Source of the DNA: Lentisphaeria bacterium
GTDB lineage: Bacteria; Verrucomicrobiota; Lentisphaeria; Victivallales; Victivallaceae
Assembly (NCBI GenBank): GCA_017443585.1
Contig: JAFSYV010000225.1
Location: forward strand, 1 to 60,603
Reading direction: 5' to 3'
Length of the DNA: 60,603 bases
Shown here: positions 9,701 through 15,642 of the stretch, one piece after another
Position numbering within the stretch: position 1 is the stretch's first letter
Layout: the number at the start of each line of letters is the position of its first letter
Notes under the pieces: model-generated
Databases searched by the model: none
Told to the model about the DNA's origin: nothing
The model's input: only the letters and a program-made list of their open reading frames with translations
Translations under genes and position numbers: made by a program

Positions 9701-10555
9701 CTCTTCCGTGGTCTGGCGGTAGAGCCGCAGGACGTTGAAGATCGGCAGATCGAGCTCCCGGATCGCCGCCGCGAGGGCGGGATTGAGGCCGCTCCGGAAC
9801 TTGAAGGAGAGGGCAAGAACCCCGTCCACGAGGCGTTTCCCTTCGGGCGTCAGCAGCAGTTCCCGGATGACTTTGACCTCGTCCCCGAAGACGATGACCG
9901 TGTTGAGCCCTTCTTTTTCGCAGGCGCAGGTCAAGTGCTCGAAGAGGGCCAGCCCGTCCTCGTTCACGTTGGCCTGATGGACCGCGAGGGCCACGAGGGG
10001 AGCTCCGGGCTTCCAGAAGTTTTTGCTCTCGGCCCACTTCCGGTACTCGCCGATCGAGGCGAAATGCCGCTTCGCCGCCGGATGCGTCGCGCCGCAGGCG
10101 GCGATCCCCGTCGCGGCGGCGGGTCTCATCCGGACCTTGAACTCCCGGCCGATGATCCACCTGAGCATGTTGCCGAAATTTTCCCCCGTCCGGTTCCGCC
10201 AGTAGGCTTTCATCTCGGGCGGCTCCTGCGCGGGGATCTCCTTTTTCAGGAGCCGGGAGGTCGCGGCGTAGAGCCGGGTCTTCTTGTGATCCACGTGCTT
10301 TTCGGCCACTTCCCGGAGTTTGGCGCTCCGGGCGTTCAGGATCAGCAGGTCGGCTTTCCGGGCGGCGGAAATGATCTTTTCTTCCGGATCGATCCCCGTG
10401 AAAAGGAACTCGAGCGTGATGTGCGCAGGCAGTTTCAGCGTCTTCGCCGCCTCGTTGGCCGGCCGGGAATCGCTCGCCAGGCCCAGATAGACCACGGAAG
10501 CCCCCGGCAGGAGGACGGCGAGGAGGAGCAGCAGGATGAGGGAAAGACGCTTCAC
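6761..10555 (-). CDS. CobN/Mg-chelatase-family large subunit-like protein with N-terminal signal peptide and C-terminal TM anchor (HmuS-like)
   Basis: 1264 aa, GTG start with GAGGAG RBS. Contains CobN-family blocks as I recall them (..DGRFILPGESGDVLRNPGVLPVGRNFHAFDP..). N-terminus MKRLSLILLLLLAVLLPGA is signal-like. A Pro/Lys-rich linker precedes the TM segment WTILAGVVLAIVIFALGG at the C-terminus. Confidence 0.88.
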   Translation of the reverse strand: MKRLSLILLLLLAVLLPGASVVYLGLASDSRPANEAAKTLKLPAHITLEFLFTGIDPEEKIISAARKADLLILNARSAKLREVAEKHVDHKKTRLYAATSRLLKKEIPAQEPPEMKAYWRNRTGENFGNMLRWIIGREFKVRMRPAAATGIAACGATHPAAKRHFASIGEYRKWAESKNFWKPGAPLVALAVHQANVNEDGLALFEHLTCACEKEGLNTVIVFGDEVKVIRELLLTPEGKRLVDGVLALSFKFRSGLNPALAAAIRELDLPIFNVLRLYRQTTEEWRDSPRGMNDFSVAFGFVAPELSGLIEPSLLFGNRNVPSPGGGKIQIDEPFPDRIRSAAARMKQWIALRRKANAEKKIALFVYNGAGGKQNIGASGLNVPRSLVRILAELHRKGYDTGGLEKLTEKELTRALLAHARNVGPWAPGELEELVAGGEAFLLSLPVYEGLFAKLPEPFRKSVTAEWGQAGKDRSMFLKGNFVIPMLRRGNVAILPEPMRGWLGDPHKLVHSKTLAPPHQYAAVYLWLQHIFKADALIHLGRHGTSEWLPGKQLGLDAADAPLVLRGNIPEIYPYISDGIGEGIVAKRRAQAVMIDHLVPFLKRSSDVKLLPELREKLGACQSADPNVLAQRRQALRETALRAGLLRRLRMEEPGWYHRLEDYVESASAPSPFGLHTFGQAPEEPELRALLAQMPEKERKRARRHLANAGRDELNALLRALDGRFILPGESGDVLRNPGVLPVGRNFHAFDPTRIPTPEAMARGEKLATDLLARERERLGRFPRTAAVLLWAGESVRTDGLDEALALALMGMKLRHDGTGKIVGVAPVPGAALDRPRIDVLITTSGAYRDQFGAQIRLLEEARRQAARLRDAENFIDARRPGVFFPAPGTYGTRVNRLAGASGLWEKEEELAALYLRNMAWTTDGKRGFANAPEALVSGVKEVETLLHSRSSNVYGVTDIDEMYQYMGGLSLAVGSRSGKRPRSYIADHRQKDAVRVTGIESFTAAELDARLYSREWLARTMKEEYAGAKLLSRMTDNLWGWQAVTKEVVSPSDWETLNDIFVKDRYNLNMKAFFDRTSPWAHQSITGRMLESVRKGFWQPPEAVRRELAATYARSVVAHGMACCDHTCNNPLLNQMVVSLISLPGVLSPEMVMKFQVAVEKTGGKTLDRQVSERRELQKSLAPAPGTPAAPRPKMEDSPRKERRETASEKAAAKPVKGFRMKEKEDQPKETSLSSSGLKWTILAGVVLAIVIFALGGLRKEG

Positions 10556-10562
10556 GAAAAAG

Positions 10563-10901
10563 TCACTCCTCGGGCACGTAGACGACGGAGCCGTCTTCGA
10601 GCTTGTAGGCCGTGCCCAGTCTCGTGCCCCGGCCCGCGGCCTCTTCCGGCGTGATCTTCACCGCCTTGACCTTGCGGCCCTTCTTGCTGACGAGGGTCAT
10701 TTCCCCCTTGGCGTTCTTGCGGACCATGGTGAAGGAAGCTTCTTTCGAAAAGATCTCCTTCGCGTCGTAAAAGGTCAGCAGCGCCAGGAGCAGCGCGGCG
10801 ATGAAGACCACCGCCGTGTCGAAAAGGTTGGCCACCCCCTCCATGGGGTCGCCGGATCCCCGTTCTTCGGCGAGGAGCTTACTTTTGCGCATGAATCTCA
10901 T
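10563..10901 (-). CDS. DUF2149-like single-TM protein (ExbD/TolR-like topology)
   Basis: 112 aa with one TM segment (VANLFDTAVVFIAALLLALL). Overlaps the upstream MotA/ExbB-like gene by 14-23 nt depending on which ATG is used (10901 or 10892). Confidence 0.65.
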   Translation of the reverse strand: MRFMRKSKLLAEERGSGDPMEGVANLFDTAVVFIAALLLALLTFYDAKEIFSKEASFTMVRKNAKGEMTLVSKKGRKVKAVKITPEEAAGRGTRLGTAYKLEDGSVVYVPEE

Positions 10902-11436
10902 CGAAGAGCCTTTCGGTCAGGTATTCCATTTCGCGGACGTCGGAGGCGACGAAGCGGCGGCGGACCGTGCAGATCACGAAGGCCGCGGAGCCGCTGAGGA
11001 GTCCCGCCACCGTAGTGGTGTAAGCCAGCACCAGTTCCGAACTCATGACCGACAGATCCCCCTGGCCCAGACTGGCCAGCGCCGTGCCCATGGGGATCAG
11101 GGTTCCCATGAGCCCGAGGGCCGGGCCGATGCGGACGGCGATGCGGAACTTGTCGAGGGATCCTTCGTGTTTCTGCACCGTTTTTGTGAGAAGGTTCTGC
11201 ACGTCGGCCTCGCGGGAAGTGGTTTCGAGCAGCGCTTCCAGCTCCTTGCGGTAGGCGGCCACGGGGAAGGGGAGTTCGCCCTCCCGGAGCCTGCGGCGGC
11301 GGACCCATTCGGCGAGGAGCGTACCGCATTCGAAGAGGATCCAGAGGGCCAGTCCCGCCAGCAGAAAAAGCACCGGGTTCAGAATGATCCCCGAGAGCAT
11401 GAAGATGAAGGTTTTTACGCCTGCGATGAGTTCCAT
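10879..11436 (-). CDS. MotA/TolQ/ExbB-family proton-channel protein
   Basis: 185 aa. The C-terminal half GPALGLMGTLIPMGTALASLG...LVLAYTTTVAGLLSG matches the conserved ExbB/TolQ channel helices. Confidence 0.8.
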   Translation of the reverse strand: MELIAGVKTFIFMLSGIILNPVLFLLAGLALWILFECGTLLAEWVRRRRLREGELPFPVAAYRKELEALLETTSREADVQNLLTKTVQKHEGSLDKFRIAVRIGPALGLMGTLIPMGTALASLGQGDLSVMSSELVLAYTTTVAGLLSGSAAFVICTVRRRFVASDVREMEYLTERLFDEIHAQK

Positions 11437-11437
11437 T

Positions 11438-12196
11438 TCAACATCCTTTCCGGGGTCTCAGGCCCCAAATGACTCCGGCCAGCACCGCGGCCCCGAGGAA
11501 AAGCCCCGTGAGCGCCGGAGACCGGGGCAGGGGAGACGCACCGCCTGCGGACCGGGCGACGGCATAGAGTTTTTCCGCCTCCTGGAATCCGGGGGCGCAG
11601 AGCAGGATCAGCAGCAGATAGAGCCCCGCGCCGATCATGGCCCGCCCCGTCAGGTGGAGCGGCGGTATCTTCAAGTATCGCCCGAGGGCGAACAGGAGCA
11701 GGAGAAAGAACACGTTGACGGTCAGGAATCCCGCCGGGATCGACCAGCGGAGCAGCGGGGCCGCGCCGGGGAAGAGCATGAGGGCGAAGGCGGTGCTCAG
11801 GAACACCGCCGACATGCAGACGGGGCAGGGGAGCGTCAGGAGCAGCCACCCTTTCGCGGCGCGGGTACGCAGCTCCTCCTCAGGCCGCCGGCAGAGGAGC
11901 CGAACGCCCCAGACCACCAGTCCCGCGGCCAGTATCAGGTGGAAGATGACTCCGGCCTTGAGAAATTCGGCGGCGCCGCCTGCAAGCTGGAAGAGGTCGA
12001 TCGTTTCGATGAGCTTGAAAGCGAGCAGGAATACGGCGCAGTAGAGCAAGCTGTTGAGGAGCAGAAAGGAGATCTTGCGCTTCGCGGAGCCGGGCAGGGC
12101 GCAGAAAAAATACTCCCCTGCGGCGGCCTTGAAGGCGAAGATCCCCAGAGAGAGCGCCAGCCCGACGGCGATCCCCAGCAGTTCCGGCGACAGCAT
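11438..12196 (-). CDS. polytopic membrane protein, DUF2162-like predicted transporter
   Basis: 252 aa with multiple hydrophobic helices. Stop and next start are arranged TGAaATG. First gene of the operon. Confidence 0.65.
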   Translation of the reverse strand: MLSPELLGIAVGLALSLGIFAFKAAAGEYFFCALPGSAKRKISFLLLNSLLYCAVFLLAFKLIETIDLFQLAGGAAEFLKAGVIFHLILAAGLVVWGVRLLCRRPEEELRTRAAKGWLLLTLPCPVCMSAVFLSTAFALMLFPGAAPLLRWSIPAGFLTVNVFFLLLLFALGRYLKIPPLHLTGRAMIGAGLYLLLILLCAPGFQEAEKLYAVARSAGGASPLPRSPALTGLFLGAAVLAGVIWGLRPRKGC

Positions 12197-12238
12197 GAAT
12201 TCCCCCCCTTTTTTTATTAAAATTTGCGATTTCGTAGT

Positions 12239-12267
12239 AATATAGCGCCGTTTCGCCCCGAAATCAA
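12239..12267 (-). promoter_or_regulatory. sigma70-type promoter of the DUF2162/ExbB-like/DUF2149/CobN-like operon
   Basis: Minus strand reads TTGATT, 17 nt, TATATT. This leaves a leader of only about 35 nt before the ATG at 12196. Confidence 0.6.
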
Positions 12268-12316
12268 GACGCGCAGAAAAGAAAGAGGCCGTTTTTCCCG
12301 GAGCCGGGGGAAACTG

Positions 12317-12343
12317 TGAATACTATGGATACTATGAATACTG
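12317..12343. repeat. tandem repeat, 3 x 9 bp (TGAATACTA / TGGATACTA / TGAATACTG)
   Basis: Read directly. Abuts the left arm of palindromic element copy A. Lies 50-76 bp upstream of the -35 of the CobN-like operon promoter. Confidence 0.9.
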
Positions 12344-12347
12344 CCCC

Positions 12348-12508
12348 GGACCGAACGTCGGCCTCGAAGTGTCGCGGTGGCTTTGCTCGCCTTGATAGAC
12401 CGCAAACGAGGTTTGCGGTAAACTGCTATCCGGGTCTATTTGCGAACCGCGGCAACTAGAGAGCATCAGCGACAGTTGCCGCGTAGAGTCGAAGCCGACG
12501 TTCGGCCC
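12348..12508. repeat. composite palindromic intergenic element, copy A (MITE/REP-like or structured RNA)
   Basis: Outer arms GGACCGAACGTCGGCCTCGA (12348-12367) and TCGAAGCCGACGTTCGGCCC (12489-12508) are complementary at 18 of 20 positions. Inner perfect 10-bp hairpin CGCGGCAACT...AGTTGCCGCG. A second hairpin lies at 12404-12430. Shares the blocks TATTTGCGAACCGCGGCAACT and AGTTGCCGCG-N-AGAGTCGAAGCCGACGTTCGGCCC with copy B. Confidence 0.85.
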
Positions 12509-12992
12509 GCCGGGCCGGTTGCCGGTCTGCGGGCGGGACGCTGAGTGTCGCACGCCGCGAGTACCGGGCGGAGGTGAAAGATCCCGCTGGCTGGGGCGAG
12601 TCAAAACCATCGGCAGGGCCGCGGACGCGAAGGCGCTTAGCGCCGAGCGCGCAGGAGCCGAACGAAGCGTACCGCCGCCGCATCGGGCGGCGGACGCAGC
12701 CGGAGGCCGCGGGCGAAGTGGCGACGAGCAGTAAGGCCAAGTCGGGCTTGTCCCGGCTTGGCCGCCAGTAATCGAAGAGAGATGCTTCTCACAAAACGCC
12801 GGTCGGAGCCCTTCCCGCTCCAAAAAGGTCGGCGGCCGTTGCACCGCCAAGACGGGGCGCCCCGTGAAAAAGACAGGGGGCGAGGGGGAAGAAAAACACG
12901 TAAGTGGTTTGCTTCCCCCCGCGCCGCACAGCCCGTGAACGTTTGCAGAGCGCTCGTAAAAAAACAAAGGGCTTCGGTAAATGGCTTCCCCG

Positions 12993-13019
12993 TCCGACAA
13001 GTACGACAAGTCCGACAAA
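12993..13019. repeat. tandem repeat, 3 x 9 bp (TCCGACAAG / TACGACAAG / TCCGACAAA)
   Basis: Read directly. Overlaps the T-tract (13017-13024) at the 3' end of the terminator of the DUF4838-like gene. Confidence 0.85.
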
Positions 13020-13045
13020 AAAAAGCCCGGCCTGAGGGGCCGGGC
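13017..13045 (-). terminator. rho-independent terminator after the DUF4838-like gene
   Basis: Minus strand reads GCCCGGCCC-CTCA-GGCCGGGC followed by TTTTTTTT. Begins 16 nt after the stop codon. Confidence 0.8.
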
Positions 13046-13060
13046 GTGGGTGGGCGGAAT

Positions 13061-15607
13061 TTACTCGAAGACGGCTTCGCCGAAGGCTTCGCGATCGTGG
13101 AAGCCCGCGTTTTCCAAATTGGGCGACCAGAGGGAAAGCTCCGGTATCTCGTTGCCCGAGCCGCCGATGATCCGGGATTCACGGCCGATGTTCAAGGTCC
13201 AGGTGGTCCCCGGCTTGGGCACGGGCGTCTTCAGCGTCGCGAAGGGCACGGTGAAGAGGGAATACCACTTGCCCCCTTCGCGGCGGCACTTGTAGGTCCA
13301 GTCGCCGTTCCACGCCGTGTCGTGCTTGTTGTAGAGGGGATGCAACGGATCGGTGATGAAGCCGAAGGCCTCGTCGAAACGGGATTCCTCGGCGGGCGTG
13401 TAGATCATGTGATAGAAGCTCTGCCGATCGCCCTTGGGGTCGAGCAGCACTTCGATGCAGTCGTTCCGCCAGCAGGGGCCGTCCTTGCCCAGGGAGTGGA
13501 AAGTCTTCTTCGGATCGAGGTCGGAGACGACGGCGAGATAGAAGTTCCTGTCGTCATAGGCGGCCTTGAAGCGGGTCTTTTCCACGATGGGGCCCAGCTG
13601 GATGCCCCCCAGCTCTTCCCACTTCAAGTTCTTCCAGACGCCGGACTCGAAGTCATTGAATTCGGCCGTGTCCGCAATTTTCTTGACCGCCAGCTTCTTG
13701 GAGGTGGTGCCGGGAAGGATCTTTTTCTCCTTGAGGAACTTCGTGTTCCAGTCGAAGGGGGCTCCCAGGGTGGAGGAGCGGCCGTTGTCCAGCAGGAAGG
13801 CCCTGGACGCGCCGTCGAAGAACCGGACGAAGGGGAACTCCTTCAATTGTTTGGCCTTGCCGTTTTTGGCCAGAAGGGATTCGACCTGCGCCTTTCTCGC
13901 GTCGATCTTCTCGGCCAGCAGGTCGAAGGTCCGCCACTCGGGCACCGTGCGGTAGATCTGATAGGCCCGGACCACGTCCACGATGGCTTTCAGGTAATCG
14001 AACTCCTTGCGGACCAGCAGCAGCCGCGCCTTGACTTTATCCTGTTCCGCCTGTTTTTCAGCACGGGCGAGGTTCTTTTCCAGCGTTTCCATCACATCCG
14101 GGGGATAGAGGGCGCTGAAGACGTTCCGCTGGTTGGCGAGGTAGCGGTTTTCCTTGATCCAGGGCATCACCTCGAGGGCGTGATGGAGCGTGTCGAAGAA
14201 GGTCCGCATGGGGGCGGCGCTTTCGTGATAGGCCCGGGCGTAGTAGTCGTTGAGCAGCGCTTCGCAGTTGGCTTCGGGGTCTTCCAGGATCTTGCCGTAG
14301 ATGTAGTAGCCCGGTCCCTCCAGGCCGCAGAGTTCGCCGAAGCCGCAGCGGTAGACGCCCATCACGCCGTTGGCGGCGAAACGCCGCGCCTGTTCCGCGA
14401 GGAAGCCGGGGGGATTCTTCGGCGTATAGCCCGTGATCTGGTAGTTGCCCCAGTTGTAGATGTAGGTCAGGAATCCGCCGGGGACCTCGATCTTCTTCCA
14501 GTCGGCGAAGGTCTGGTCGGTGTACTTGCACAGTTCGATGATGACGTTGGGCGGAAACTTCGTGAAGGTCCTGGGCGGGTTGAAGTTGGGGGGATAGCAG
14601 ATGATGACCGCTTTCTTGCCGGGACGATCCTTGAGCAGCCGCTCCGCGAGTGACTTGTGGAGGATCCAGATCTTCTCGCCGTAGTCGTCCCCGGTGTTGC
14701 CGAAGGCCTTGCACTTGTCGCAGAGGCAGGGCATGAAGCCGTCGGTCTGGGCCAGCTCCACGGCTCCCGCGCCGTCGTCGAGCTTCTTGAGCATTTCCTT
14801 GTAGATCAGCTCCTGCACCTCGGGGTTGGAGATGCAGAGGTGGTTGCCTAAAGCCGAGCGCTTGCCGTCGCGGAAGGCGAAGTATTCGGGGTGATCCTTG
14901 GCGTACTTCTTGGCCGGAACGGCGTCGTAGTAGGAGTGGCCGCCGTAAAGATGGATGGAGCCGCGGCCCGGATTGGCGGTGGAGTAGTCATAGAAAAGCT
15001 CGTTGGCCCGCCCGGTCCCGAGAATGATCCGGGGGGAGATGTGCCAGGTGAGGTTTTCCGGAATGAGGAGCGACTTGCTTTTCTCGAAGTCCAGTCCGTT
15101 GGGGCCGGGCAGCAGGAAACGGCCGTTCAGGAATTTTTCCGTGAAGCGCACCGTGCCCGTGACCGTGCCGAGAAAACAGTCGTTCTTGTGGCGCACGGGC
15201 CCCTTCTTGCCGAAGGCATGCCGGTCGCTCCCGGCGATGAAGATGTCCCCGCCCCGGGTGGCGACCACCGCGTCGAAGTTTTCGAACTTCAAGGGCTCGA
15301 AGCCGATCCCCCGGATCGCTTTCGTGTTGCCGAGGAAGATGGTGTTCCCCTTGAAGCCGAAGCGTTTGCCTTCGACCTCGACGGGGGCGTCGATGTCAAG
15401 CGTCTCCTTCAGACCCCGCTTGATGATCCCGGCGCACTGGCGCAGGAAACTTTCGATGCCGGGATTGGCGTGTTCGGCCGGAATGACGATCCGGACGGCG
15501 CTTTCCTTCTTCAATTCGATGGGCGGAGCTCCCGTCGAATTCGGGGCGCTCTGACAGCCGGTGAGGAGCAGCAGCGCTCCCGCGAGTGTGAACAGCAGTT
15601 TTTTCAT
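13061..15607 (-). CDS. secreted lipoprotein, DUF4838-like glycan-enzyme domain plus CBM9-like C-terminal domain
   Basis: 848 aa. Lipobox LLLLTGC. Blocks KDHPEYFAFRDGKR and CLCDKCKAF are shared with four paralogs in the window. The C-terminal IEVLLDPKGDRQSFYH resembles carbohydrate-binding family 9. Confidence 0.82.
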   Translation of the reverse strand: MKKLLFTLAGALLLLTGCQSAPNSTGAPPIELKKESAVRIVIPAEHANPGIESFLRQCAGIIKRGLKETLDIDAPVEVEGKRFGFKGNTIFLGNTKAIRGIGFEPLKFENFDAVVATRGGDIFIAGSDRHAFGKKGPVRHKNDCFLGTVTGTVRFTEKFLNGRFLLPGPNGLDFEKSKSLLIPENLTWHISPRIILGTGRANELFYDYSTANPGRGSIHLYGGHSYYDAVPAKKYAKDHPEYFAFRDGKRSALGNHLCISNPEVQELIYKEMLKKLDDGAGAVELAQTDGFMPCLCDKCKAFGNTGDDYGEKIWILHKSLAERLLKDRPGKKAVIICYPPNFNPPRTFTKFPPNVIIELCKYTDQTFADWKKIEVPGGFLTYIYNWGNYQITGYTPKNPPGFLAEQARRFAANGVMGVYRCGFGELCGLEGPGYYIYGKILEDPEANCEALLNDYYARAYHESAAPMRTFFDTLHHALEVMPWIKENRYLANQRNVFSALYPPDVMETLEKNLARAEKQAEQDKVKARLLLVRKEFDYLKAIVDVVRAYQIYRTVPEWRTFDLLAEKIDARKAQVESLLAKNGKAKQLKEFPFVRFFDGASRAFLLDNGRSSTLGAPFDWNTKFLKEKKILPGTTSKKLAVKKIADTAEFNDFESGVWKNLKWEELGGIQLGPIVEKTRFKAAYDDRNFYLAVVSDLDPKKTFHSLGKDGPCWRNDCIEVLLDPKGDRQSFYHMIYTPAEESRFDEAFGFITDPLHPLYNKHDTAWNGDWTYKCRREGGKWYSLFTVPFATLKTPVPKPGTTWTLNIGRESRIIGGSGNEIPELSLWSPNLENAGFHDREAFGEAVFE

Positions 15608-15642
15608 TTATGAGGACCTTTCGTGATATAGTTCAGCATGTT

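Noticed and set aside
12197-12330. A possible cobalamin or other riboswitch upstream of the CobN-like operon.
   Set aside because: The promoter-like element at 12239-12267 leaves a leader of only about 35 nt. I see no B12-box-like sequence or riboswitch core on the minus strand.
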